A stretch of 64,000 bases of DNA, from contig OX597827.1 of assembly GCA_951406725.2 (NCBI GenBank), positions 47,988,001-48,052,000 of the forward strand. The letters are read 5' to 3'. Shown piece by piece: positions 1 through 11,920 of this stretch (positions within the stretch are counted from its first letter, which is position 1; each line of letters begins with the position of its first letter). The notes beneath the pieces are model-generated. The model saw only the letters and a program-made list of their open reading frames with translations. It searched no databases and was not told the DNA's origin. Made by a program: the position numbers and the translations under genes. This DNA comes from Octopus vulgaris. Taxonomy: Eukaryota.

Positions 1-542
1 ATTTAAAAATATATACATAACATTGAACTCAGAAAGTTATTTAAAAAAAGAAAAAAAAATCTTTGACGAAAACATCAGATAATATGTGTGAGTGAATATA
101 CATATATATACATATACATATGCATGTGGTGAAGAAGAAAAGAGAAAGGAAAAAAAAAAAAAATAAAAAATAAACGTAAACAGGTTTGACCTTTTACTGA
201 CCATTAACGTCCTTTGTCTCCACCATCTACCGTGGCTATTTATAGACCCAAAGAACATGAATTCTTTAACCACCCATTCTCCAACACAATGGAGTGTTGA
301 TGGTGGCTGTGGCTACACATAAAACAATGTCATTGAAGATGATGATGGTGTTGGTGATGTTGCTGATGATGGTGATGGTGGTGAAGATGATAGTAATAAC
401 AATAATAACTGACAGATCCCGTCTTTTTCCCTTTCTTTTCGTTTCTTTCTCCGTATTTTATTCTCATTATTTCGAACTAATACAGACACAGTAAGCCTTG
501 AAGAAAGGAAGAGGAGGAAAGGAAAAAAAAAAAAAAAAAAAA

Positions 543-1088
543 ATGTCCGGAGATAAAACTATCAACAAAAAAAATACAGACGAATATAGATCTGCTAGTC
601 TTAAGAAGCGGCGCTATGAGCAATGCTTACACGTAGTGAACCCTAAACTGACAGATCCATCTCCTAATATAAGAATGGATGCTCGTCATGCTTCAAGGTC
701 AACAAATCAAACAATAAACCGCATTGGTCATTGCGCGGATTACAAAAGACCACGTACCCGAAAATTGAACCAAATCCTGATTGAAAGATCAGTTACTGGA
801 TCAAATCTTCCCAACACACAGGAGCTGGACGAACCCCACAACCGGAATATTCCAACAGATGGCCATCCATGCTCATCACCAAATAATCAAAAGAAAAAGA
901 AGGAAAAATGGTCTAGGGAAGATAATAAAGAAGTTCTTGAGGCCTTCTACCATGCCATATATTTCCCCACAGATAAGTCTAGCACTGTACAAGCATACTT
1001 AAACTGGAGACAGAAACACCCTGAAGTAAGACCCTACATAGACAGTAACAAGCTTGCCAATGTTAGAAGAAACATTATAAAAAAGTAA
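543..1088 (+). pseudogene. N-terminal part of the R4/Dong-like ORF, cut off by an in-frame TAA at 1086-1088
   Basis: Same frame as 1140..4352. The frame continues open after the stop (LLTEVEIDQVRQAISDK-M). KWSREDNKEVLEAFY...W...KLANVRRNIIKK resembles the R4/Dong N-terminal domain. Candidate ATGs at 543 and 675. Confidence 0.75.
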
Positions 1089-1139
1089 TTACTGACTGAA
1101 GTAGAGATTGATCAGGTTAGACAAGCAATATCGGATAAA

Positions 1140-4100
1140 ATGAACGAAGCTGCAGCGAGAGAAGATAATACAGAGGAAATGATTATAGACCAGCCCAGGG
1201 CGGATAAAAACGAAGAGAGGATTGAAAGAGTTAGTATAAGTGATAGGCAAAGTGAAATACGCCCTGAACCAATCATAAACACTAAGACAGATGAGCATCA
1301 AATAGATAAAGAAAGTCACACAAATATTGACCCAACAGAACTACATGAGCTAAAAAATCAAATCATGATTGAATGGCTGAAAATTAAAGAAACCAGCATG
1401 GATGAGCGTGATACACTTCCTAAAATCCGCAACTCTAACCAAAACATGAAAATAATTGGTAAAATCCGGCTTGCACTTAAGGATATAATTTCAGTTAATG
1501 ATGTTGATATCACAAACCTCAACCACCTATACTATGCATCCGCGAAAATCTCAACGATCCTATGTGGTGTAAAGATTAGAAAACGGCAACAGTCCCACAA
1601 AAAGCCTTCTTGGCAAGAGCGTCTGCAACAACAAATTAAAATATTTAGATCTGACATTGAATATTTGAAAAACCTTAAGGCTCACAAGATTACCAAACCT
1701 ACAAAAACCCAAAAATTACTGAAAAAATACAATATGAAAACTATACTTGATATTGATGCCACCATAGAAACCATCAAACAAAAGGTATCTGCCAAAGCTG
1801 CCCGCATAGCGAGGTATGTAAAGCGTGTTAGATTTTTCAAGGACAACAACATGTTCAAAAATAACACCAAGAATTTTTACAGGAAGATAGGAAAAACAGC
1901 GTTTACTGCAGGGTCTGTACCATCAAAAGAAGAAGTGCAGAGATTTTGGAATAAGATAAAAAAAACACACAACGAAAAGGCCCCCTGGATTGACAGAATA
2001 TCTACAGAACTGGACCCCTTAGAAGAGCAAAAGTGGGAGGGTGTCAAGGTAGAAGATATAAGATCTGCTCTCAGGAGGTCAAGCAAATGGAAGTCTCCAG
2101 GAAAGGATAAAATTCCTAACTTCTGGCTGAATGCCTTCCCAGAGAGCCATGAACTGCTAACAGAACTGTACAATGATGTTTTGCAACACCCTAGTAGGAT
2201 GCCTCCTTGGCTAGTTAATGGGTTAACATTCCTGCTTCCAAAAAGTGAAGAAACAAATGAACCAAAAAACTATAGACCCATAACTTGCTTAACAACTATG
2301 TACAAAACACTAACATCTGTCCTGACGGAATATACCTATAGTTTTTTAACAGACAGCAGCATATTCCCTAATGAACAGAAAGGATGTAAACGTGGATCCT
2401 ACGGCTGTAAAGACCAACTACTCATCAATAAGATGATCTTAGAAGATTGTCACAAACGACACAAAAACTTATCAATAGCCTGGATAGACTATAAAAAGGC
2501 TTTTGATAGCCTACCACATAGCTGGATTAGGAAATGCCTTGAAATGTATAAGATAGCACCAACTCTGCGAAACTTCTTGACTGTAAGTATGAGATCATGG
2601 AGAACCACACTAACTCTGAACAGTGACAGTGAATCCCTAAATGCTGGTGATGTAAAAATTTCGTGTGGCATTTTCCAGGGTGACTCACTGTCACCACTCC
2701 TCTTTTGTTTATCCTTAATACCTCTCTCAAAGCTGCTCAATGACGCGCAGTACGGGTATAAAATGTTTGATAAAAATATAAATCATCTCGTTTACATGGA
2801 TGATTTAAAGCTTTTTGCAAAAAATGATCAACAACTCAAGGGCTTACTAGCGATAGTCAAACAATTCAGTGACGACATCAGAATGCAATTCGGCCTCGAT
2901 AAATGTGCAAAGGCTACCTTTATCAAAGGAAAAATGACAGAAACATCTAACGTTAACCTTGACCAACAGAATGTCATAAAAGAACTAGACCCAGCGGAGA
3001 GCTACAAGTACCTAGGGATAATTGAAGGGAACGGAATAAGGCATTCAGAGATGAAGGAAAGGATCAGGAGAGAATGCTATCGAAGAGTGAGAGCAATACT
3101 CAAGACAGAGCTGAATGCAAGAAACAGGATCGAAGCAATCAATGCATTAGCTATACCAGTCGTGACTTACAGTTTCAATATTGTTAACTGGTCAATTACT
3201 GAAATATGTCAGCTCGACAGAAAAATAAGGAAACTGTTGACAATGCATAGAATGCACCACCCTAAGGCAGATACAGAACGACTCTATCTGCAAAGAAAAG
3301 AGGGAGGCCGTGGTCTTTTGCAACTGGCAATAACAATGAAGATTGCTACAATTGGCCTAGACACCTACCTGAAAAACTCTGAGGACTGGATGCTAAAACT
3401 TGTCTCAAAACATGAAAACAAGAAAGCATCATACTCAGTCACAAAACAGGCAAAGGAATATCTAAGTGAATTCCGAATACAACCAATTTCGGAATTAGAG
3501 ATAGATATACAAGAAACAAGCACAGAAAAAGCTAGGCGCATGAAAACCCGTGCCAAAACTGCGGCCTTAGATATTCTGAATAATAAATGGCAAGAAAAAC
3601 CTCTCTATGGCAAATACCCAAAGAGAGCGAATAATGCAGATATCGACAAAGCCCTGACCCATCAATGGCTAATGGCCTCTGGCTTAAAATCTGAAACAGA
3701 GGGGTTTATCATAGCAGCTCAAGATCAATGCCTACCAACAAGAAACTACCAGGCCAACATATTAAAGATCAGAAGCAGTCCAACGTGTCGTGTATGCAAG
3801 CAACAAAATGAAACCATTGACCATGTGGTCTCCAAGTGCAGTCTTCTAGCGCCTACAGAGTATCTCAACAGGCACGATAGAGCTGCACAATATATTCACT
3901 GGGTAATCTGTAAAAACCTGGATTTGCCCCATGAAAAAAACTGGTGGGAACACAAACCACCCCCAGTGCTTGAAAATGACCACATCTCACTCCTCTGGAA
4001 CTTCACCATTCAAACTGACAGGAAGATAGATGCAAATAGGCCAGACATCATATTGAAAAACTTCAAACAAAGAACATGCCTCCTCATTGATATGACTGTC

Positions 4101-4352
4101 CCAATCGATATAAACGTATCTGTCAAGACCTATCAAAAACTGAGCAAATATAAAGATCTTGAAATAGAAATCAGCAAAATGTGGAAGCTGAAGACTAAAA
4201 CAATACCTGTTGTCATAGGTGCCCTGGGAATGATAGCAAAAGGGGCTGATAGCTACCTAACTCAGATACCAGGAAACCCAAAAATGGCAGAAGTTCAAAA
4301 GATAGTGCTCATGGGAACTGCTCATATCCTACGCAAAATACTCTCTATGTAA
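1140..4352 (+). CDS. Reverse transcriptase / restriction-like endonuclease polyprotein (1070 aa)
   Basis: KSPGKD, YRPITCL, EQKG, WIDYKKAFDS, GIFQGDSLSP, HLVYMDD, YKYLG; CCHC knuckle CRVC-x7-H-x4-C; RHD; RPDII...IDMTVP...KLSKYKDL endonuclease. Confidence 0.95.
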   Translation: MNEAAAREDNTEEMIIDQPRADKNEERIERVSISDRQSEIRPEPIINTKTDEHQIDKESHTNIDPTELHELKNQIMIEWLKIKETSMDERDTLPKIRNSNQNMKIIGKIRLALKDIISVNDVDITNLNHLYYASAKISTILCGVKIRKRQQSHKKPSWQERLQQQIKIFRSDIEYLKNLKAHKITKPTKTQKLLKKYNMKTILDIDATIETIKQKVSAKAARIARYVKRVRFFKDNNMFKNNTKNFYRKIGKTAFTAGSVPSKEEVQRFWNKIKKTHNEKAPWIDRISTELDPLEEQKWEGVKVEDIRSALRRSSKWKSPGKDKIPNFWLNAFPESHELLTELYNDVLQHPSRMPPWLVNGLTFLLPKSEETNEPKNYRPITCLTTMYKTLTSVLTEYTYSFLTDSSIFPNEQKGCKRGSYGCKDQLLINKMILEDCHKRHKNLSIAWIDYKKAFDSLPHSWIRKCLEMYKIAPTLRNFLTVSMRSWRTTLTLNSDSESLNAGDVKISCGIFQGDSLSPLLFCLSLIPLSKLLNDAQYGYKMFDKNINHLVYMDDLKLFAKNDQQLKGLLAIVKQFSDDIRMQFGLDKCAKATFIKGKMTETSNVNLDQQNVIKELDPAESYKYLGIIEGNGIRHSEMKERIRRECYRRVRAILKTELNARNRIEAINALAIPVVTYSFNIVNWSITEICQLDRKIRKLLTMHRMHHPKADTERLYLQRKEGGRGLLQLAITMKIATIGLDTYLKNSEDWMLKLVSKHENKKASYSVTKQAKEYLSEFRIQPISELEIDIQETSTEKARRMKTRAKTAALDILNNKWQEKPLYGKYPKRANNADIDKALTHQWLMASGLKSETEGFIIAAQDQCLPTRNYQANILKIRSSPTCRVCKQQNETIDHVVSKCSLLAPTEYLNRHDRAAQYIHWVICKNLDLPHEKNWWEHKPPPVLENDHISLLWNFTIQTDRKIDANRPDIILKNFKQRTCLLIDMTVPIDINVSVKTYQKLSKYKDLEIEISKMWKLKTKTIPVVIGALGMIAKGADSYLTQIPGNPKMAEVQKIVLMGTAHILRKILSM

Positions 4353-6482
4353 TCTCAAGGTTTAAAACAAACATAATTTTCGGTTTAAAAAAAAAAAAAA
4401 AAAAACCTTTTTTTTTTTTTTTTTCTTTTTAGACATTCATTAGTACAACATCCCCACCCCCCAAATATATGGCTCACTAGGCATAACAACAACATGAACT
4501 TCCAACCCTGTTGTCTCTTGAGGTCTCTGGGTGAGACTTGGAGCCAACTTGTACAAATATAAAGCAAAAGTCAAACATAGAATAATAATAATAATAATAA
4601 TAATAACAATAATAATAATAATAATAAGAAGAAGAAGAAGAACAACAACAACATCAACAACAACAACGGTAAAGTTAATGGTCATCCCAACGAATAAAGA
4701 TGCGTAAGCGTGTGTGGATGTGAGAATGGTGTGTCATAGTGTGTATGTGTGAATAGGGCGAGTGAGTCTAACGGGTGTGAGTGTGTGTTGTATGTAACAG
4801 TTGATGTGCGCTTGTTCAGGTGGTGCGTGCACATCTGTATGTGTGTGGGTGTGTGACCAAGCAGTATGCATGTATATAGTGTATTGTTGTGGGCGGAAGT
4901 TATCTGTGCCTATGCATATGTGTGTTTATGCGTGTTGTGCGCGTGTATACATTCATATATATATGTCTGTGTATGTGTATACACATATATAGCATTATTT
5001 TTATTAATATTGTATATGTGTATAAATGTATATATATATAGGCGTAGGAGTGGCTGTGTGGTAAGTAGCTTGCTTACCAGCCACCTGGTTATCTTGATCA
5101 CAGCAGTTTATACTCAGAATGGAATGAGCTACTATAAAGATATTTTGTCACATGCTCATTCTGGAAAATTTCTTAATTTAAGGACGATAAGGTAATTACA
5201 GTTGAAAACAGAGTCATAGTTTATTTACTTAAAATGCAAAAGACGTATATCTACATATATATGAAAGAGCTTTAGTCGATTTAAATGACGTTGTTATTGG
5301 ATGGCACATTATTTTATTGACCATAAATATTAACGTTAACCTCGTCAAAATTTGCACTCAGAATGTAAACGATAGAATGTACACCACAAGGTATTTTCTT
5401 CGACACTCTAACGATTCTGCAAGCAGGTCGCCTTTCCTAAAATAGAAATAACTTCTGGTTTAGACAAAAGGTAAATAATTTTAAAAGAAAGCGGTTACTT
5501 GATATCATAGAACCGACTCCATTATTATTTGGCTAGCACTTTATGTTTTTGATGTTGAATGGGCAAAAGGTACAGCTGACCTTAGTGGTATTTGAACGCA
5601 GAATGTAATGATCTGAGGCATCTTTTTCTATGGTACTTTTTCTATGAAATAACGATTCTGTCAAATCATCACCATTGTGTTCGCAAGTCATAAATACAAA
5701 CAGTCCGAAACGAGGAATGAAATATAATGACGCATGGAAGAGTTCAGACTAACACATTACAAAACCATTTGTTGTTCATTCGTTTCTTTATACATACATT
5801 CTTTGTGTGTCTTCTTTAGTCATGAGATTTTTGTATACTTTATTGTATATTTTAATGTCATTAACACTTGAATAATATATACACTTGAATAAGTATTGCA
5901 CACCAAACGCTTTATACCTTAATTTATGATTTGGCCGTTATAAAGTTGAGTTATTATTTTGTCAAATATGCAGTATTTAAAAATCGATATATATATATAA
6001 ATGAGCTTCATGATTGTCGTTGATGTCATAATAATAACCAGACTATCTCAAAGTAACATTAAGAATAGACAGAAAGCAAATCACGATGAAGCTGACGAAA
6101 TGTAATAAGATTTACAGAAGAATCATAAACATGAATTTGCTTTGAATAAATAGATGAAAGAAAACGAAATATATAAAAAAAAATTGACAAAAGATTAATG
6201 AGTATTTTGGTATTATGTTATTGATGAAAAAATAACGAGAAAACGAAAAACACAAGCTTCAAGCGAACAAGGTTCTTTAAAGAACATACTTTCGATAAAG
6301 AATAAGAAAAAAAAAACTGAACGACAGAAAGAAAGAAAGGAAAGAAGAAAACGAGTTATGGTATACACATCAAAGTGTTTAATATATTACATAGAATATT
6401 ACATTGAAAACCGTTCGGAGCACAAGGAATATAATGTCATTTTGACGGCACATCTATCTTTCTTTCTTTCTCTCTCCCTGTC

Positions 6483-6513
<31 letters not shown>

Positions 6514-6526
6514 GTGTGTGTATATG

Positions 6527-6585
<59 letters not shown>

Positions 6586-6721
6586 TATAATGTTCATAAG
6601 TGCATATACATATACAAAGTTCATAAGTGTATACACACACCCATATACATAAAATAGATACCATCTATGTGTAGAATATGTACAGTTATGCGCATCTGTG
6701 TGTGTATGTAAATATATATAT

Positions 6722-6795
<74 letters not shown>

Positions 6796-6819
6796 GTGTG
6801 TGTGATTGTGTATAGAAGA

Positions 6820-7585
6820 ATATATTAATAAAAAGAATTCCAACCTTGTCTGATTTTCACGTTTTATTTACAATCTTATAATGATATATTATAAGATAAT
6901 ATATTATAATTGAATAAAATAAAATGAAATAGTAGAATGTTAAATATTCATTCTGATTGAACTAGTACTTTCATGCATTGAATTCTGCAATCTTCGGGTT
7001 CATGTAGTAGTGTTGACAGTCATGCTTCACAATTTTTGACTGTAGCAAGATGAGTGATTCTGTGCTATAAATACAGCTGGGTAGGCTCCAGAGTGCTAGG
7101 TTTTGCAAACTGTATTCTGACCAATCAGTGTGTAGTATCACTCAATTACTTAAGCTGATTGGTTGGTTGAGCTGATTGGTTTAGGCATCACGCTTTGTTG
7201 GACAGGTCAAGAGTCCTGTATCTTGACCCTGGCCGAAGCAGCAATTGTTGGGTTATTTTTAGAAATGTTGTAAATATCCTTTGTCAGAGATTTTTATATT
7301 TTTATATTTCAATTGTCATCATCATCATTGTCAGCACCTTAATTATTGTTGCTAGTGGTGATGGTGGTGGCAATAGAACTTTTAACCCTAAATAAGATAA
7401 TTTTCCTGCTATCTTCGTCTTGATCACCTTTAGTATTGTTGTTGTTGTTAGTGGTCATGGTCGTAGCAGTGGAAGTAATACCTCTAAGTATTATTATTAT
7501 TGCTTATTTAGCTTGGGTTCGAATTTATCAATAAAATTCTTTTCTCTGATTTTCCTCTCGATTTCACTTGGGCTGTGTAATTTGT
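6820..7585 (-). repeat. Inverted copy of PLE 3' end / pseudo-LTR
   Basis: Reverse complement of 9217-9982; no mismatch noticed by eye. The identical 66-aa spurious ORF appears in both arms of the ORF track. Confidence 0.95.
6958..7002 (-). ncRNA. Mirror copy of the PLE hammerhead motif
   Basis: Reverse complement of 9800-9844 inside the inverted arm. Confidence 0.7.
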
Positions 7586-9305
7586 GATTTCAACACACCA
7601 CAACTCACTTACGGATAATGAAAAAGACTACATCACCAATTTTGAACCAAAACCCAGCAACTTCTACGGCTTACCAAAAATACACAAATCAAAAAACATT
7701 CAACAGGCAGTAAAAGAACAAGAAAGTGAGTACATAAAATTATTACATCCAAAAGACCTAAAACTTAGACCTATTATAGCTGGTCCAGCATGCCCTACAC
7801 ACCGTCTAAGCAATTTTATTGACATTGTTTTGAAACCACTATGTACTTACATACCAAGTTTCATCAGGGATGACATCGACTTCCTGTCCCATCTTCCCAA
7901 AACAACAGAAACAAATTCAGTTTTACTAAGTTTTGATGTGGTAAGCCTCTACACCAATATTCCACACGATTTAGGAATAAAGGCGATTAAATACTGGTTA
8001 GAAAAACATAGAGAAGTGATTCCCAGCAGATTCACAGTGCCATTTATATTAGACACAGTCAAACTTATTCTAGAAAATAACACATTCTTCTTCAATGGAA
8101 AGAATTACATCCAAATTAGAGGCACGGCGATGGGAACGAGGTTTGCTCCCGTTTACGCCAACTCTGTAATGGGATACTTAGAAGAACAACTCTACCAAGA
8201 GGTGGAGGTAAACTATGGCACTGGATTTAGAAAGTATATTGAAAAGGCATGGAAGAGATACCTAGACGACTGTTTCATAATCTGGACAGAATCTCTAAAT
8301 ACTCTGGAAGAGTTCAATATCCTCCTGAACAACCTACACCCATCTCTCAAATTTACAAAGGAGATGAGTAGTACCAAATTACCATTCCTGGATATAATGG
8401 TAATTAAAAAAGACACCACCATCACCACAGATATATACTATAAACACACAGACACACATCAATACCTAAATTTTAAGTCGTGCCATCCACCACATACAAA
8501 ACGTAACATCCCATACTGCCTAGCCAGAAGAATTTGTACTATTGTAGAAGATGCAAATATCAGGAACAAACGCCTAATAGAACTAAGAGAATTTTTGCTC
8601 AAACAAAAATACCCATCTCTACTTATAGAAAATGGCATACAGCGGGCTATAAAAATACCTATACAACAACTTAGGACAACCCAAGGAAGAGGAAAACAAG
8701 AACAAGTCATACCATTCATAGTGACACACAACCCATGTCACCAGAATATCTTCAACATTGCCAAAGCAAACCTACCAATCATTGCCCAAAGTAATGAATT
8801 AAAAGACATAATCAAGGATCGAGCTATGGTACTTAGTAAAAGACAGCCTAAAAACTTGAAAACATTACTAACAAAGGCAAAATTTGACCTCAGCAACAAA
8901 GACCAAACATTCACGGTATCTAAATGCAATGATAGCCGATGTGGCACATGCCAATTCATACATACCGGTCAATATATAAACACAAAAACCGGGAAAATAT
9001 TCACAAACGCGAATATGAACTGCAAAAGCAGAAATTTAATTTACTGCATCAAATGCCCAAATTGTGAAGAAATATATGTAGGTCAGACGGGAAACGCACT
9101 ATTAGAACGCTTACGTGTACACCGGCAACAGATTAGAGACCCAGAGGTCCGTCAGATACCTTTGAGTAACCACCTAGCAACATGTGGTCGGAAAATATAT
9201 ATAATATTTCCATTCTACAAATTACACAGCCCAAGTGAAATCGAGAGGAAAATCAGAGAAAAGAATTTTATTGATAAATTCGAACCCAAGCTAAATAAGC
9301 AATAA
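7584..9305 (+). CDS. PLE reverse transcriptase + GIY-YIG endonuclease (uninterrupted, 5'-truncated at the inversion junction)
   Basis: FYGLPKIHK, LRPII, SFDVVSLYTNIP, GTAMG, RYLDD, LPFLD; Cys linker CNDSRCGTC (Neptune-type); NLIYCIKCPNC..YVGQT..R..H..H..E..PKLN. The GTG start lies on the junction and is not a true start. Confidence 0.93.
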   Translation: MISTHHNSLTDNEKDYITNFEPKPSNFYGLPKIHKSKNIQQAVKEQESEYIKLLHPKDLKLRPIIAGPACPTHRLSNFIDIVLKPLCTYIPSFIRDDIDFLSHLPKTTETNSVLLSFDVVSLYTNIPHDLGIKAIKYWLEKHREVIPSRFTVPFILDTVKLILENNTFFFNGKNYIQIRGTAMGTRFAPVYANSVMGYLEEQLYQEVEVNYGTGFRKYIEKAWKRYLDDCFIIWTESLNTLEEFNILLNNLHPSLKFTKEMSSTKLPFLDIMVIKKDTTITTDIYYKHTDTHQYLNFKSCHPPHTKRNIPYCLARRICTIVEDANIRNKRLIELREFLLKQKYPSLLIENGIQRAIKIPIQQLRTTQGRGKQEQVIPFIVTHNPCHQNIFNIAKANLPIIAQSNELKDIIKDRAMVLSKRQPKNLKTLLTKAKFDLSNKDQTFTVSKCNDSRCGTCQFIHTGQYINTKTGKIFTNANMNCKSRNLIYCIKCPNCEEIYVGQTGNALLERLRVHRQQIRDPEVRQIPLSNHLATCGRKIYIIFPFYKLHSPSEIERKIREKNFIDKFEPKLNKQ

Positions 9306-9622
9306 TAATAATACTTAGAGGTATTACTTCCACTGCTACGACCATGACCACTAACAACAACAACAATACTAAAGGTGATCAAGACGAAGATAGCAGGAAA
9401 ATTATCTTATTTAGGGTTAAAAGTTCTATTGCCACCACCATCACCACTAGCAACAATAATTAAGGTGCTGACAATGATGATGATGACAATTGAAATATAA
9501 AAATATAAAAATCTCTGACAAAGGATATTTACAACATTTCTAAAAATAACCCAACAATTGCTGCTTCGGCCAGGGTCAAGATACAGGACTCTTGACCTGT
9601 CCAACAAAGCGTGATGCCTAAA

Positions 9623-9736
9623 CCAATCAGCTCAACCAACCAATCAGCTTAAGTAATTGAGTGATACTACACACTGATTGGTCAGAATACAGTTTGCAAA
9701 ACCTAGCACTCTGGAGCCTACCCAGCTGTATTTATA
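9623..9736 (+). promoter_or_regulatory. Putative pol II promoter in the pseudo-LTR (3 CCAAT boxes + TATA-like)
   Basis: CCAATCAG at 9623 and 9640, ATTGG at 9677, TATTTATA at 9729-9736, ~65 nt upstream of the hammerhead. Confidence 0.4.
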
Positions 9737-9799
9737 GCACAGAATCACTCATCTTGCTACAGTCAAAAATTGTGAAGCATGACTGTCAACACTACTACA

Positions 9800-9844
9800 T
9801 GAACCCGAAGATTGCAGAATTCAATGCATGAAAGTACTAGTTCA
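9800..9844 (+). ncRNA. Minimal type I hammerhead ribozyme motif in the PLE pseudo-LTR
   Basis: TGAAC-CCGAAGA-t-TGCA-gaattcaa-TGCA-t-GAAA-GTAC-TA-GTTCA: stem I TGAAC/GTTCA, stem II TGCA/TGCA, palindromic stem III AGTACT. The core has C at position 4. Confidence 0.7.
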
Positions 9845-10249
9845 ATCAGAATGAATATTTAACATTCTACTATTTCATTTTATTTTATTCAATTATAATA
9901 TATTATCTTATAATATATCATTATAAGATTGTAAATAAAACGTGAAAATCAGACAAGGTTGGAATTCTTTTTATTAATATATATATATATATATATATGC
10001 ATATGTAATTCTACAACGACTACTATTGCACACACACTTCACACTGCTTTAATGAATTGTTTAACGCACCGGTCTGTATGAATGTAGATGGCGTAATCGC
10101 ACCAATCGCCAAAAAGTCATTTTTACGATGAAATTTCGATTCTTACTCGCTGCGATTTGCACAAAATTGTTGTATATTTGTATTTGATAATTCGTATACG
10201 TATGTGTTCATGACACATCTGCCAAGTTTTCTTTCGTTAGACTGTGCTT

Positions 10250-10465
10250 TTCTCTTTTTCCGTTTACTTGTTTCAGTTATTCGATTACGACCATGCTGGA
10301 GTACTACATTTTAGTCGAAGTTATTGACCACGAAGATTGTTTTTTGTCAGCCTGGTACTTATTCTAACCGGATCTTTTTGCTGAATCGCTAATTTACGGG
10401 AACGTAACCAACGGTTGTCAAGCGTTAATTGTGGTACTCGAGCGGGTAAACACAGATACAACTAC
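10250..10465 (-). mobile_element. SINE-associated ~200-bp module (family B), degenerate
   Basis: Reverse complement of the 12113-12321 module (ccatgctggag, gtacttattcta, cggttgtcaagcg). Confidence 0.7.
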
Positions 10466-10813
10466 ATGCACGTACACACTCACACAAATATGTATATACA
10501 TATATACATACATATGCACTATACTTACATATAAATATATATATATACATACAGATAGACATTTATAAATATATATACCCAGAAACTTGAGTCCGTGAGT
10601 ATCATAGCAGATTGAAGATGGGAAGGATGGCTTCCCTTTGCAAATACTGATACGGCACAGAAAGGGTGTCAATAGCCAGCTGGAGGAGATGTCCTACTGG
10701 GGCTACAAGCTACAATAGTATCCACCCTTAAGGGTTAGACACATCTATGTGGCAAATATACTTCACGGGGTCGTGCAGCTACTGTTTATACCTCGCTCAG
10801 AGATTTATTATTA

Positions 10814-10850
<37 letters not shown>

Positions 10851-10855
10851 GTAAC

Positions 10856-11183
10856 GACCCCCTTCGGTCATGAATGACCATGGGATTGCACCTAGAAAGT
10901 TACCCTCCTAGACACAAGTCCGGGCAAGGTTGTTTATGGAAGACCAGCAGTCGCCCATGCATACCAGCCTCCCTCTCCACGCCACCAGTCTTATCCAAGG
11001 GAAAGACAAAGGTCGATACAGCTTGGCACCTGTGACGTCGCAACTCATTTCTACAGCTGAGTGAACTAGAGCAATGTGAAATAAAGTGCCTTGCTCAAGA
11101 ACACAACACGCAGCCCGGACCGGGATTCGAGCTCACAACCTCACGATCGTAAGCTCGACGCTCTAACCACTGAGCTATGCGCC
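10856..11183 (-). mobile_element. tRNA-derived SINE (family C, ~330 bp)
   Basis: A/B-box tRNA-like head on the minus strand; near-complete match to 62584-62915. Confidence 0.85.
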
Positions 11184-11202
11184 ATATATATATATATAAA
11201 TA

Positions 11203-11255
11203 TAGATAGATAGATAGATAGATAGACAAATAGACAGACAGACAGTCAGACAAAC

Positions 11256-11351
<96 letters not shown>

Positions 11352-11352
11352 G
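11203..11352. repeat. (GATA)n/(GACA)n microsatellite
   Basis: Direct reading. Confidence 0.95.
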
Positions 11353-11920
11353 ATATACACATATATACGTTTAATAGGTGCATGTGTAACTATGATCACT
11401 TTCATAATATTTCGTACTTTTTGCTGTATATCGCATTTTACTTAGTGCCGTTCTCTGATTTATTTCGTGTGGTCTTTTACGGCTAACGACAATGAAGATA
11501 AAGGCTTTGATAGAAATTACATTTCGTCGATGTTTGGCATCACATAAATAATATTATATCAGTGATAGCGTGCATATGAAAATTATAAATAAACCAAATT
11601 GTGACAAATACCTAGCGATAACACAAAAGCTAGGATATACTATTCTAATTGTTTAAATGTACAGTTTATGTTTCGGACGCATGTAAAATTCTAAATATCT
11701 TTTCATTTTTTTGGGAGCCATTTCAATAGATATGCGTGCAGGTTTGTGTGTGTTTGCGTCGGTTATTTCTGAAATGGCAAAACAGTCCATAAATTGCGAC
11801 AGCTACCCTACAGAGTTCACATTGCAAAAACGCGCACACGAACACATGCATATATATATATACACATAACATACATATACATACATGCATGTTCAAACAC
11901 ACACATACACACACACACAT

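Larger units (their letters stand above)
411..4580 (+). mobile_element. Non-LTR retrotransposon, R4/Dong-like (RT + CCHC + restriction-like endonuclease), near full length, inserted in (TAA)n
   Basis: Single long reading frame with RT, zinc knuckle and RLE motifs. The ~230-bp 3' UTR runs directly into (AAT)n at 4581, and TAA-like repeats lie at 392-410 upstream. The 5' boundary is approximate. Confidence 0.9.
6820..9982 (+). mobile_element. Penelope-like element (Neptune-type), 5'-truncated, with inverted pseudo-LTR, adjoining (TA)n
   Basis: RT + GIY-YIG ORF flanked by a 766-bp inverted repeat (6820-7585 is the reverse complement of 9217-9982). The right end runs into (TA)n. Confidence 0.93.

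Noticed and set aside
411-680. Search for an HDV-like ribozyme in the LINE 5' UTR; direct repeat ctgacagatcc at ~409 and ~648
   Set aside because: I could not build a nested double pseudoknot by eye; only a pyrimidine/purine hairpin potential is visible.
7195-7395. 66-aa ORF duplicated at 9407-9607
   Set aside because: Antisense low-complexity frame within the PLE inverted repeat; duplication is explained by the repeat.
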